The notes under the pieces: generated by a model
Database searches by the model: none
The model's input: the letters and a program-made list of their open reading frames with translations, nothing else
What the model was told of the DNA's origin: nothing
In this document: in pieces, positions 9,677-19,225 of the stretch
How the letters are laid out: each line of letters opens with the position of its first letter
Position numbering within the stretch: the first letter of the stretch is position 1
Program-made: the position numbers and the translations under genes
From: an uncultured Spirochaetota bacterium
Lineage (GTDB): Bacteria; Spirochaetota; Brevinematia; Brevinematales; JAOACQ01
Length of the DNA: 64,000 nt
Reading direction: 5' to 3'
NCBI GenBank assembly: GCA_963768055.1
Contig: CAVYGN010000002.1
Span: 1,216,001-1,280,000, forward strand

Positions 9677-10480
9677 TTACCTTTTTACACCTGAAAAATA
9701 AAGAATGGATTTGATATTTCTGAATTCCTTGAATTCGAAATAATTGCTCCACTTGTCTTTTACCTCATCAAAATCATAAAATGGCGGTGTAAAGGATCCC
9801 AGCTTTTTGTAAATATTATTGATAAAAAAATCTGTAAACGCTCTTTCATTCTTTATGTAAAAACAACCCAATAATGATCCCCCGGGTTTTACAACCCTTG
9901 TTATTTCAGAAAGGGCTTTTTCCTTTTCAGGAAAGGCATGAAAGCCGTTCATAGTCATCAAAATATCGGCCGTGTTGTTTGCAAACGGCAGATTACCTAC
10001 GTCGCCCCGTATATATAGAACATTCTTAATGCCATCGGATTCATACCTTTCTTTTGCCTTTCTTAACATTCCCATCGAATAATCGATGGCGATAATCCGT
10101 GAAGATTCTGCGGCTTTTTTATAGAGGCCTGCGGTGAATACCCCTGTTCCGACCGGTATATCAAGGATTATCCGGTTAACGGAATCGGGAAATAAGGACA
10201 TCAATTGATTTACATAATCCGAATCGTATAATCCCCAGACAATTCTATTGTAAATACGTGTTAAAAAAGTTGAACTTGTAAGCAGTTTGTCATAGGAAGA
10301 AGAAACATGATCGTATGATTCCGAGATGTTGTCCTTTTTCTCTGAAATGAGGTCGATAATCCCTTCCTTAACCGGATATTTGATTTTTTTATCATACGAA
10401 CAGATAAAATTATTTTCACTGTCAGCCTTTAAAGGCTGTTTCGTCTTCGGACATACCAGACAATCGTAAACATTTATCAT
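9677..10480 (-). CDS. Class I SAM methyltransferase with N-terminal Trm112-like segment
   Basis: LVCPKTK...YPVKEGI, ILDIPVGTG, GDVGNLPF; GGAGG RBS before the ATG at 10480. Confidence 0.88.
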   Translation of the reverse strand: MINVYDCLVCPKTKQPLKADSENNFICSYDKKIKYPVKEGIIDLISEKKDNISESYDHVSSSYDKLLTSSTFLTRIYNRIVWGLYDSDYVNQLMSLFPDSVNRIILDIPVGTGVFTAGLYKKAAESSRIIAIDYSMGMLRKAKERYESDGIKNVLYIRGDVGNLPFANNTADILMTMNGFHAFPEKEKALSEITRVVKPGGSLLGCFYIKNERAFTDFFINNIYKKLGSFTPPFYDFDEVKDKWSNYFEFKEFRNIKSILYFSGVKR

Positions 10481-10528
10481 AAAGATCCTCCAATAATTAA
10501 AAAGCATATATTCAACTTTTTAAGTAAT

Positions 10529-10641
10529 ATAATATGAACAATATATTACATTCATATTATAATTTATGCATGAATTGTTGTCAATAATAATATGAATTAT
10601 TATTCATATATTTGACTGATCCTGTCTTGGAATGCTAAAAT
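10529..10641. promoter_or_regulatory. Divergent sigma70 promoters with ATATGAA...TTCATAT inverted repeats
   Basis: Minus: TTGACA(10584-10579)-17-TATAAT(10561-10556). Plus: TTGACT(10612)-18-TAAAAT(10636). IRs at 10529-10560 and 10590-10609. Confidence 0.8.
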
Positions 10642-10664
10642 ATCCATAGAAAGGCAGGATTTAT

Positions 10665-11276
10665 ATGGATCAAAATTTTGAAAAAACAAGGATACCTAAG
10701 CAAAAGCGAAGCATACGAACAAAAGAAAAGATACTTACCGCAGCCATGAATATTTTTGCCGGCAAGGGTTTTTATAATACTAACTCTAATGAAATCTCAT
10801 CGGCGGCCGGGGTTTCCACCGGCAGTTTTTACGCTTATTTCAGGGATAAAAAACATTTATTCCTTGAAGCAATGAACTATTATGATAAACAGATAATGGA
10901 ACAGTTAAAATCTAAATCGCCGTCCGATTATAAGAGCAAAAAAGAGTTATTGGAAAGTCAAATTAACAGCATTCTTCAAGCGCACCGGATCAATCCTGAA
11001 TTTCACCGCGAATTAAATGCGATGCAGCTTATGGACCCTGAAATAGAAAAAAGAGTTGAAGAGCAGGAAAAATTAGCGGTGGAATATATGCGTGGATACC
11101 TGGAAATTTATAAAGATCAAATCAGGGTGGAAGATTTGGAAGCAGCCTCTTATGTCGTTTACAAAACTGCGGAAAATTTGATACATAAAATAGTTTTCTC
11201 CGGCAATCATCCCGATGAAAGCAGTTTAATCAGGGAATTGCTGGATATGCTGTCGAGATACTTGTTTGAAGATTGA
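10665..11276 (+). CDS. TetR/AcrR family regulator
   Basis: PKQKRS N-terminus; GVSTGSFYAYFRDK HTH. Confidence 0.95.
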   Translation: MDQNFEKTRIPKQKRSIRTKEKILTAAMNIFAGKGFYNTNSNEISSAAGVSTGSFYAYFRDKKHLFLEAMNYYDKQIMEQLKSKSPSDYKSKKELLESQINSILQAHRINPEFHRELNAMQLMDPEIEKRVEEQEKLAVEYMRGYLEIYKDQIRVEDLEAASYVVYKTAENLIHKIVFSGNHPDESSLIRELLDMLSRYLFED

Positions 11277-11301
11277 GCAATTTCAATTGAGCAATTTCAT
11301 A

Positions 11302-11330
11302 TTGACTAATCATCCGGGTTTTATTATCAT
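11302..11330 (+). promoter_or_regulatory. sigma70 promoter
   Basis: TTGACT-17-TATCAT. Confidence 0.65.
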
Positions 11331-11351
11331 TCTTTTTTGGAAGGTTTGACA

Positions 11352-12413
11352 ATGACGGATATACCGCTTACTCTTGAGGCCGTTCGCGACAACGCCCGGG
11401 TTAAATTAAAAGGGATCTGCGGGGTTTACCGCACCTGCGACGGAATAGAGGGACGCATATGCCAGGGGCATAGCTACGGTTCCCCTATAGGCATGGGCGG
11501 AGCAGGTTCGGGGGCATCCTTTGCGAGAAATGTAGAAGCGTTAAAGGCGCTTCGTCTTAAAGAGAGGCTCTGCGGGGAGGACGCAACTCCCGATACCAGT
11601 TTCGAATTTTTCGGCCGAAAGCTTGCGATGCCGGTCATGGGAGCCAGCGTCGCCGGGGTCAACAGTTTCGGAGGGGAAACGGTCATATCTGAAAAAGAAT
11701 TCTGCAGGGCCGTCGTGCTTGGATGCAGGGAAGCTGGAACTTTAGGCTGGAGGGGGGATTCTTTCAATTACTCTATAGAGCATCCCTACGGCATCGAGGC
11801 CATTTCCGAGGCCGGCGGCCTGGGGGTCCAGATAGTAAAGCCCAGGGAGCAGGCCGCAATTATTCGATTCTTCAAACTGGCGGAAAAAGCGGGCTGTACA
11901 GCGGTAGGCGTAGATATCGACGGCTGCGGTTCATACGCCATGAATAAACACAATCAGCCGGTATTCCGCAAAACCCCCGCCGAACTCATGGAACTTGTCA
12001 AATCGACCGCCCTCCCTGTGATATTCAAGGGCATTATGAGCCTGGAAGACGCGGAAAGAGTTTTAGAATCGGGGGCCGCAGCAATCGCGGTTTCAAATCA
12101 TGGCGGCAGGGTTCTGGACCATACTCCTGGCGTAGCCGAGGTTCTCCCGGGAATCGTAAAAGCTGCCGGCCGTTCCTGCATGATCTTAGTCGACGGCGGT
12201 GTAAGGAACGGGTACGATGTACTGAAAATGCTTGCATTGGGCGCCGATGCGGTCCTTGTGGGCCGGGATATTATACGGGCAGCTGTAGGCGGTGGAATTG
12301 AAGGGGTAAGCCTGCAGATGAAGACCTTGGGCGAAGACCTGGCTAAAGCTATGAAAATGACCGGGTGTGCGGCGCTTAAAGACGTCACCCGGGAGATTCT
12401 CATCCAATATTAA
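11352..12413 (+). CDS. FMN-dependent alpha-hydroxy-acid oxidase/dehydrogenase
   Basis: SNHGGRVLD, DGGVRNG, LVGR motifs; ATG at 11352 after GGAAGG. Confidence 0.92.
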   Translation: MTDIPLTLEAVRDNARVKLKGICGVYRTCDGIEGRICQGHSYGSPIGMGGAGSGASFARNVEALKALRLKERLCGEDATPDTSFEFFGRKLAMPVMGASVAGVNSFGGETVISEKEFCRAVVLGCREAGTLGWRGDSFNYSIEHPYGIEAISEAGGLGVQIVKPREQAAIIRFFKLAEKAGCTAVGVDIDGCGSYAMNKHNQPVFRKTPAELMELVKSTALPVIFKGIMSLEDAERVLESGAAAIAVSNHGGRVLDHTPGVAEVLPGIVKAAGRSCMILVDGGVRNGYDVLKMLALGADAVLVGRDIIRAAVGGGIEGVSLQMKTLGEDLAKAMKMTGCAALKDVTREILIQY

Positions 12414-12916
12414 GCCATATCGCTGTAAGAGCCGGTCAACAGGTCGCTTTCCTCTATTTCAAATAATTTTAAATAATAACCGCATTGTTCCAGTAATTTT
12501 TCTTTTCCTAACTTGCCTGTCCGGTCTATAGCCTCTATTTCAAAAAATTTACCCAAACCCTTAACTTTGTCGATATGAAATTTTACATTTTCAATATAAT
12601 AAATTTCCCTTTTCTTATCTACAATTTTCATGATCCCCAGCGAACCGGCCAATATACTCTTCAGGATTGAAGAGGGCTCCGTCTTAAACAGGGTATAATT
12701 CGACTCCTTCGGTCCTTTTTGATCGCTGCGGTTATAAAAGATCAGATTGTTTTCAATGTTTCCTTCCCTTAATTTCAGCCTTCCATTTTGAACATTAAAG
12801 TAAGTGTCAATCTGATGGTCAATGCCCTTATAATCGGCTTTCAGGCCCTTTAAAACCGACCTGATCCTATCAGGGTCTTTTGTCCTTGCTTTAATTTCCA
12901 CATTTAAAAAATCCAT
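12410..12916 (-). CDS. CYTH domain protein (class IV adenylate cyclase-like)
   Basis: NVEIKAR (ExExK-like), QIDTYF, LKLRE, FFEIE, C-terminal SY. Confidence 0.9.
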   Translation of the reverse strand: MDFLNVEIKARTKDPDRIRSVLKGLKADYKGIDHQIDTYFNVQNGRLKLREGNIENNLIFYNRSDQKGPKESNYTLFKTEPSSILKSILAGSLGIMKIVDKKREIYYIENVKFHIDKVKGLGKFFEIEAIDRTGKLGKEKLLEQCGYYLKLFEIEESDLLTGSYSDMA

Positions 12917-12922
12917 TTAAAG

Positions 12923-14302
12923 TTAAACCATATTTTCGGGTTTGACATACCTGTCGAATTCTTCTTCAGTCAGAAGGGAGAGTTCGAGGGCGGCCTCTTT
13001 CAGGGTTATATCTTTCTCATGGGCCAGCTTGGCTATCCTTGCGGAATTTTCATACCCTATATACGGGTTAAGGGCTGTGACAACCATCAGGGTCCTTCCA
13101 AGATATTCGCCTATCCTTTTCCTGTTAGGGATTATTCCCTTCAGGCATTTTTCATTAAAACTTTCGATCGATCCGGATAAAATGCTGATGGACTGGAGCA
13201 GATTATATGCGATCACCGGGTTGTAAACATTCAATTCGAAATTGCCCGATGCTCCCGCTATTGTTATCGTGGAATGGTTGCCCATAACCTGCGTGCAGAC
13301 CATTGCCAGGGCTTCGCACTGGGTCGGGTTGACCTTGCCGGGCATTATGGAACTTCCCGGTTCGTTCTCCGGAAGAATCAGCTCTCCGATACCGCAGCGG
13401 GGGCCTGAGCCGAGCCACCTGATATCGTTGGTTATTTTCATCAGGGAAGCGGCAAAACTGTTCAGGGCCCCCGATAGGTGGACAAGATTGTCATGGCCTG
13501 CCATTAATGCGAATTTATTTCGTGCTGGCTTGAAGGGAAGATTCGTGTATTCCGAGATCAAGGCGCAAACCGCCGAGCCGAAACCCTCGGGAACGTTAAT
13601 ACCCGTGCCTACTGCCGAGCCGCCTACAGGCAATTCATGCACGTCCGGCAAAGCGCTTTTTACCCTATCTATCGAAGCCCTTACCTGCTCCGCGTATCCC
13701 GAAAATTCCTGCCCGAGCGTTATGGGGACCGCGTCCTGGAGGTGGGTTCTTCCGCATTTAATTATATCGGAGAATTCTCCGCTCTTTTGATTCAATGCGG
13801 CGAGCAGGCCCTGCGCGGAGGGCATAAGGTTCTTGTCTATCTCTATAGCGGCCGCGACCTGCATGGCCGAGGGAAACACATCGTTCGAAGATTGGGACAT
13901 ATTAACGTCATCGTTGGGATGAACCGGGTTTTTAGAACCTAATTTTCCACCCATTGATAGTATAGAAAAATTCGATACGACTTCGTTTACATTCATATTC
14001 GTCTGGGTGCCGCTTCCCGTCTGCCAGATCGACAGGGGGAAATGATCTTCGAGTCTTCCGCTCAGGATCTCGTCGCAGGCGCGGCAGATCGCCTCCATCT
14101 TTTCGGCCGGAAGTATCGAAAGTTTATTGTTGGCAACCGCTGACGCTTTCTTTATCATTGCCAGGGCGTAAATGATTTCCACCGGCATATTTTCATGGCC
14201 GATGTTAAAATTCTCAAGGGACCGTTGTGTCTGGCTTCCCCATAGTTTGTCGTTTTCAACCCTGGTTTCGCCCATCGTGTCGCTTTCAATCCTGTATTCC
14301 AT
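12923..14302 (-). CDS. fumC: Fumarate hydratase class II
   Basis: GSSIMPGKVNP, QTGSGTQTNMN, GRTHLQDA. Confidence 0.97.
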   Translation of the reverse strand: MEYRIESDTMGETRVENDKLWGSQTQRSLENFNIGHENMPVEIIYALAMIKKASAVANNKLSILPAEKMEAICRACDEILSGRLEDHFPLSIWQTGSGTQTNMNVNEVVSNFSILSMGGKLGSKNPVHPNDDVNMSQSSNDVFPSAMQVAAAIEIDKNLMPSAQGLLAALNQKSGEFSDIIKCGRTHLQDAVPITLGQEFSGYAEQVRASIDRVKSALPDVHELPVGGSAVGTGINVPEGFGSAVCALISEYTNLPFKPARNKFALMAGHDNLVHLSGALNSFAASLMKITNDIRWLGSGPRCGIGELILPENEPGSSIMPGKVNPTQCEALAMVCTQVMGNHSTITIAGASGNFELNVYNPVIAYNLLQSISILSGSIESFNEKCLKGIIPNRKRIGEYLGRTLMVVTALNPYIGYENSARIAKLAHEKDITLKEAALELSLLTEEEFDRYVKPENMV

Positions 14303-14407
14303 TGGATTACCCCCTGAAAACGGGAAAGGAACGGAGAGCTTAGTGCCTGAATAACTCCATGTGTTATTCGCTTACTTAAAGTTTATTCGCAATTGATTTA
14401 AAATAGG

Positions 14408-14436
14408 ATTTTAGTAAAATAGGGGGTAAAAGTCAA
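14408..14436 (-). promoter_or_regulatory. sigma70 promoter of fumC
   Basis: TTGACT-17-TAAAAT on the minus strand. Confidence 0.7.
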
Positions 14437-14496
14437 AATAATGAAATGTTTAAATTGCTCGTTTGTTCTTTACCGGCCGAACCACGATCCCTGCCG

Positions 14497-14775
14497 TCAG
14501 TTAGCCAGGGGTTGATCCCCCATTCCGGTAAATCCCGGCAGTTTTTCCTCGCTCATTACTACATAATCCTTGATAAGGTGCTTGATGTCGTTTATGAACG
14601 ACTGGGTCCATTCGGTATCATCGACGCCAACCATTGTCTCCAAGTTGAGTTCCCTTTTAAACTTCCTGAAACCCGTTTTGTTCCGAGGATACCTCTGTAT
14701 CTTATGAACCCCTTCCTCGATGCTATGAGCGATAAAAAAACTACTGGCGACCTTTACGGCGATTTTTTTTTCCAT
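14497..14775 (-). CDS. Hypothetical 92-aa protein, probably sigma54-driven and leaderless
   Basis: ATG lies at the predicted start site of the -24/-12 promoter; no family recognised. Confidence 0.55.
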   Translation of the reverse strand: MEKKIAVKVASSFFIAHSIEEGVHKIQRYPRNKTGFRKFKRELNLETMVGVDDTEWTQSFINDIKHLIKDYVVMSEEKLPGFTGMGDQPLAN

Positions 14776-14786
14776 AATAATACTTA

Positions 14787-14802
14787 AGCAAATATAATGC
14801 CA
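14787..14802 (-). promoter_or_regulatory. sigma54 (-24/-12) promoter
   Basis: TGGCAT-TATAT-TTGCT matches TGGCAC-N5-TTGC. Confidence 0.8.
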
Positions 14803-14922
14803 TATTTTTTAAAGTAAAATAGCCTGCGGTGAAAAATAACCGATAGTATTAAGGAATAAGGAATTAGATAAATGATCGACAGGTGCTCCCGCTTTTTATA
14901 TGTGTATTGTGAGAACGATCAA

Positions 14923-14971
14923 TGTTTAAATATTTGAACATATTGTTAATAAACTGACAATTTTTTACCAG
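14923..14971. promoter_or_regulatory. Putative enhancer (UAS) for the sigma54 activator
   Basis: TGTT-N10-AACA followed by CTGACAATTTTTTACCAG; similar array at 35941-35990. Confidence 0.65.
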
Positions 14972-15045
14972 GTTTTCATTGGATGTCAAGCTCGTTCATT
15001 TTATTAAAATGAGTTTGATAAGATATGCATCTATCGTTGTGAGAA

Positions 15046-15069
15046 GTCGGCGGGCGAAAGCCCGCCGGC
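15046..15069. terminator. GC-rich hairpin just 3' of the activator gene
   Basis: GTCGGCGGGC-GAAA-GCCCGCCGGC; strand ambiguous. Confidence 0.6.
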
Positions 15070-15073
15070 ATTT

Positions 15074-17890
15074 TTATTCTATCTTCATTTCTTTGATCTT
15101 GTAAGTTAGAGTGGTTCGTTTTATTCCGAGTATGGCAGCGGCGGCTGATTTGTTTCCTTTCGCTTTGTCGAGGGCCCATTCGATAATTTTTCTTGAGTAC
15201 TGGTTGATCATTCCGTCATAGGTATCAACGGAAGAGATCTCAAGTCCGGCTTCGGGAACGGAATCTTCCACCGGAGCGGCATCCATGATCGAGGGGAAAT
15301 GGGTTAATTTCAAAACCCTTTTGTCACCCCTGGATACTGCAAGCTGCGACATAGCCCTGATGATAAAATTCTCCATCTCACGGATATTTCCCGGCCAGGA
15401 ATAGCTTTCGATTTTCTCTATTGCCGCCTGTTCGATAGTAAGATCAGGGGGAAGATCGAATTCCCCGGCATACTTTTTAATAAGGAAATCCGCAAGAATC
15501 GGTATGTCGTCCTTTCTTTCCCTGAGGGGCGGAATATCGATGACAAAGACACTGATCCTGTAGAAAAGGTCATCCCTGAAGCTTCCTTTTATTATCATAT
15601 CGTTCAGGTCCCGGTTTGTCGCAAATACGAACCTGCATTTCGAATTAACAACCATGTTGCTTCCGATAGGACTGTATTTATTTTCCTGCAGCAGTCTGAG
15701 AAGCTTCGACTGTATGTCGAGAGGCATTTCTCCAATTTCGTCGAAAAACAATGTGCCGCAGCCCGCCGCCTCGACTTTTCCTTCCCGGCTCGACTTTGCG
15801 TCGGTGAAGGAGCCTTTTACATGACCGAATAGCTCTTCTTCCCATAAGGTTCTCGGTATTGCTGCGCAGTTTACAGTTATAAAGGGGACATCGTCCATAT
15901 TGCCGGTATAATGTATTAGCTTTGCTATCAGTTCTTTCCCTGTGCCGGTATCCCCTGTTATTAAAATCGGTTTTGAAATCATTATTGCCTGATTGACTTT
16001 ATCGATAACATCCTGCATTTTTGAGCTTTGATAAACAATGGAGCTCTTTTCATCGAGCCTTTTTTCCTGTCTCTTGGAAATGTGTGTTGTAAGTTTTTGT
16101 ACTTCGCTTTCAACCCTGTCCTTCATGTATTTCATCATGTAAAATTCGGACGTCTTTTTCTTGACCTGGTGTTCGAGCTCTTCAGTCTGTTTCTGGATTT
16201 TCTGGAACATAATCGTGTCCATCAGGTTCTCATTGATCTTTGTCCGGATTATCTCGTACATCTTGTCGTATTTCGGCCCTAATTCCATCATTATAAATCC
16301 GAGCTGAGATTCCCTGTTGAACATATTTTCAAGAATATAAGTGCGGCGTTTTTCTTCTTTAATCAATCCGGCCGGAATGATCTCGCCAGGCCTGAATGCG
16401 ATGCCTCCATGCGGTAAGTCAAGGCGGGCCCCGTTTTGATAGCCGAAAATCAGGGCGGCTTCCTGCTTCGGGTTCTCGGGGTAATTGTACATGGATATGA
16501 AACAGCTGCCTATTCCAAAGGTTGTAAGGCTGGACTGAATAATATCGAACTGTTTTTCCAGATCGAAAGTACTGCTAAGTTCCGCTCCGAAATCGCTCAG
16601 TTCCTCCAGTTTTGCGGTTTCATGGATTTTTTGGAATAGCCCGTATTTCTGCATTGCATCATCGTTCATTACTTGGGCCTTATGGAAGAAGTATTCTGCG
16701 TTTACAAGTTCAGGTCCCTCGCCGATTAAAGACAGGGTATAACTCATGAATATTAAAAGGATGTTCTGAAGATGCCGGAGATTTCCTGTACTTTCGTAGC
16801 ATTCGTCTATGGCCCGGTTCCATGCCGAAAAGAATAAATTGCCATTCCCGCTTGAAAGGGCCGCCTCAAGCCCGTCAATGAGTCCCGGGGCGACAGAAAC
16901 GACCCAGCTGTAGTCAGGGTTAAAAGATTTAATTTCATCGGTAAAAGAGGAAATTATAAACTCCCGGTCATTTTTCAGATTGTAAGGCCGGTTGGTCTTT
17001 ATGCTGAAATGATCCGCCGAATAGCATCCGCATGATTCTCTTACTACAAACTCGGTGGATAGGCATGTGACCTGAGGTATTTCCTCTCCCCGAATGTTTC
17101 TCAAAAGAAGTTCGGCGGCAGTCCATGCCTGGTTGTATGTCGGCTGCCTGACTGAAGTGAGGTTAACGCTTTTACAATAGTCGATATCGTCAAAACCTGT
17201 TATCGGGATGAAATCGGACGATATTTTTCCCCTCGACTTAATTTCATTCATTATTCCCAGGGCCATAAAATCGTTTGAAGATACTATAGCGTCGAAATCG
17301 GCCTTTCTTTTATCCAGCAATTCTATAATTGCTTTTTTCCCCGAATCGATACTGAAATCGCCTTCATAGATCAGGTTTTCGTCGCAGGGCAGTTTATAAT
17401 AATCCAGCATTCTGCGGTACGTGTCAAGGCGCATACATGAATCGGTGTTAACCGGTAAACCCGAGATAAAAGCTATTCGTTTATAGCCATGTATCTCAAC
17501 CATATGCTTCATCACATCCCTGATGCCGGTTTCGTTGTCAACAGTTACGGACGGGATATTAAGCGGGTTCTTGCCAATGCTGACTGCCGGTATTCGCCGG
17601 AGTTTGAACATCATATTTTCTACCGCTTTTTTCCCGGCATAATTTTCGAGCGATGAAGTAGTGATTAAGAAACCGTCTATCCTGTCGTAGTCGATGAAAT
17701 CGAAGAGAACGTTCCTGTTTTTCTCCCACTTGAAGGGTGAATCGAGCTTTCCCCCGACAAAGCAAATCAAATTTAAATCGTTCTTTTCAGAAAACTCGGA
17801 AACACTGGAAAAGATGTCTGAGTGATAAGGCGAATAAAGCCAATCAATTAAAAGAGCTATAGTCATTCTATTTTTAAGAATATCCGGCAC
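15074..17890 (-). CDS. sigma54 enhancer-binding protein with N-terminal LacI-type sugar-binding domain
   Basis: VTVDNETG/TGFDDI/TSVRQP sensor; Walker A GDTGTGKE; GSFTDA loop; FFDEIGE; WPGNIRE; Fis HTH. Confidence 0.93.
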   Translation of the reverse strand: MPDILKNRMTIALLIDWLYSPYHSDIFSSVSEFSEKNDLNLICFVGGKLDSPFKWEKNRNVLFDFIDYDRIDGFLITTSSLENYAGKKAVENMMFKLRRIPAVSIGKNPLNIPSVTVDNETGIRDVMKHMVEIHGYKRIAFISGLPVNTDSCMRLDTYRRMLDYYKLPCDENLIYEGDFSIDSGKKAIIELLDKRKADFDAIVSSNDFMALGIMNEIKSRGKISSDFIPITGFDDIDYCKSVNLTSVRQPTYNQAWTAAELLLRNIRGEEIPQVTCLSTEFVVRESCGCYSADHFSIKTNRPYNLKNDREFIISSFTDEIKSFNPDYSWVVSVAPGLIDGLEAALSSGNGNLFFSAWNRAIDECYESTGNLRHLQNILLIFMSYTLSLIGEGPELVNAEYFFHKAQVMNDDAMQKYGLFQKIHETAKLEELSDFGAELSSTFDLEKQFDIIQSSLTTFGIGSCFISMYNYPENPKQEAALIFGYQNGARLDLPHGGIAFRPGEIIPAGLIKEEKRRTYILENMFNRESQLGFIMMELGPKYDKMYEIIRTKINENLMDTIMFQKIQKQTEELEHQVKKKTSEFYMMKYMKDRVESEVQKLTTHISKRQEKRLDEKSSIVYQSSKMQDVIDKVNQAIMISKPILITGDTGTGKELIAKLIHYTGNMDDVPFITVNCAAIPRTLWEEELFGHVKGSFTDAKSSREGKVEAAGCGTLFFDEIGEMPLDIQSKLLRLLQENKYSPIGSNMVVNSKCRFVFATNRDLNDMIIKGSFRDDLFYRISVFVIDIPPLRERKDDIPILADFLIKKYAGEFDLPPDLTIEQAAIEKIESYSWPGNIREMENFIIRAMSQLAVSRGDKRVLKLTHFPSIMDAAPVEDSVPEAGLEISSVDTYDGMINQYSRKIIEWALDKAKGNKSAAAAILGIKRTTLTYKIKEMKIE

Positions 17891-17928
17891 TTAATACCTG
17901 CGATCTATGATTTATAAAACCCGGTATT

Positions 17929-18027
17929 ATTATAATCCCGGAGGGAATAAATATCAAAATTTTATCATCACCGGTTGCGGTGACCTTTTTTCGTATTTTT
18001 GACTTCATGCCGGAAAAAATGTATAAT
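17929..18027. promoter_or_regulatory. Divergent sigma70 promoters (activator gene / radical SAM gene)
   Basis: Minus: TTGATA(17957-17952)-17-TATAAT(17934-17929). Plus: TTGACT(17999)-17-TATAAT(18022). Confidence 0.75.
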
Positions 18028-18064
18028 TTATGCGGAAAGTTTTTCAAAAACAGGAGAAAAAAAT

Positions 18065-19225
18065 ATAAACGGTTCGATAATACTGGATAAAGAAAGGGAA
18101 TTTCAAGGGAATATAACCGATGGTAATATATCCTTCGGCTTAGTGAAAGATAATAATTGCTGCAGATTAGGTTTGAGTTTGTTTGAACATATATACCCCG
18201 AGGCTGTCCTGGAAATATCAGGAAAAAAGTTTAGCGTTCATGGCTGGTATAATGAGATAGTAGTTATAGACGACAGAAAAGAAATATCGATTAAAATTAA
18301 AACGAACGCTGAAAATGTTAAAGTCAGTTGGTGGGATGACAATTCGGATGATTATAAAGAAAAACAAACTTTTATCAAAAACATTAAGCCTAAATATGAG
18401 TACTATTTAAATTGGCACGTCACCAGGAATTGCAATCTTAGATGCGATTACTGTTTTATCGATCTTAAGGAAAGAGCTTCCGATAAAATTCCTACAATAG
18501 ATATACCCAGGCTGCGGGATGTTTTATCGAGATTCGATAAGCAAGTAAACATTAATCTATCCGGCGGAGAACCCTTTCTTATAAAAAATTTCGTGGAAGC
18601 ATGCTCTATGATGACAAAAAATCATTATATAAGTATTGCAAGCAATCTGACAAGCGACAGGGTAAAAGAATTGATCGAAAGTGTCGATGTAAAGCATATC
18701 GATTTCTTTGTTTGCTCGTTTCATCCTATCGAACTCTCCAAAAGAAACGCTGTTGATAAATTCATGAGGAATTATTACTTAATAAAAGAAGCCGGAATAA
18801 ACGCCAGGTTCTCGATAGTTCTTTGGCCCCCGATCATTGAACGCCTGCCCGAATATTTAAAAATGATTAACGATAAAAGCATCAGAATCTATTATGAACC
18901 TTTCCTGGGATTTTACAATAAGATGGAATATCCCGCAGCTTACACCGAAAAAGAACTTCGTTCTCTTGGAATAATAAAAAAGGATATTGGACAGACTTTT
19001 TACAGAAAAGGGAACTACTGCAACGCGGGTTTTAATGCCTGCATAATATTAGCCAACGGAGATGCGATCGATTGTTTCGAGAAAAAGAACAAAATCGGCA
19101 ATATCTATGAAGATATAAATTTCTTAAAAAAGATGGCCAAATGCGATCAAAGATTCTGCAAAAATCCTGTTTCCAAATTTCTTCCTATGCTCTATAATCT
19201 GGCAAAAGACCGGATATCGGATTAA
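18065..19225 (+). CDS. Radical SAM protein with N-terminal 'WW' domain and C-terminal Cys-rich twitch-like domain
   Basis: CNLRCDYC, SGGEPF, YCNAG...C...C; start uncertain (in-frame ATA 8 nt after AGGAG). Confidence 0.85.
   Translation: MNGSIILDKEREFQGNITDGNISFGLVKDNNCCRLGLSLFEHIYPEAVLEISGKKFSVHGWYNEIVVIDDRKEISIKIKTNAENVKVSWWDDNSDDYKEKQTFIKNIKPKYEYYLNWHVTRNCNLRCDYCFIDLKERASDKIPTIDIPRLRDVLSRFDKQVNINLSGGEPFLIKNFVEACSMMTKNHYISIASNLTSDRVKELIESVDVKHIDFFVCSFHPIELSKRNAVDKFMRNYYLIKEAGINARFSIVLWPPIIERLPEYLKMINDKSIRIYYEPFLGFYNKMEYPAAYTEKELRSLGIIKKDIGQTFYRKGNYCNAGFNACIILANGDAIDCFEKKNKIGNIYEDINFLKKMAKCDQRFCKNPVSKFLPMLYNLAKDRISD

Noticed and set aside
11272..11298. 14-bp tandem repeat containing ATTGAGCAATTTC at the tetR stop
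   Set aside because: Only two copies; no evident function
14446..14787. 113-aa plus-strand ORF overlapping the 92-aa gene
   Set aside because: No RBS; the minus-strand ORF is the one aligned with the sigma54 promoter
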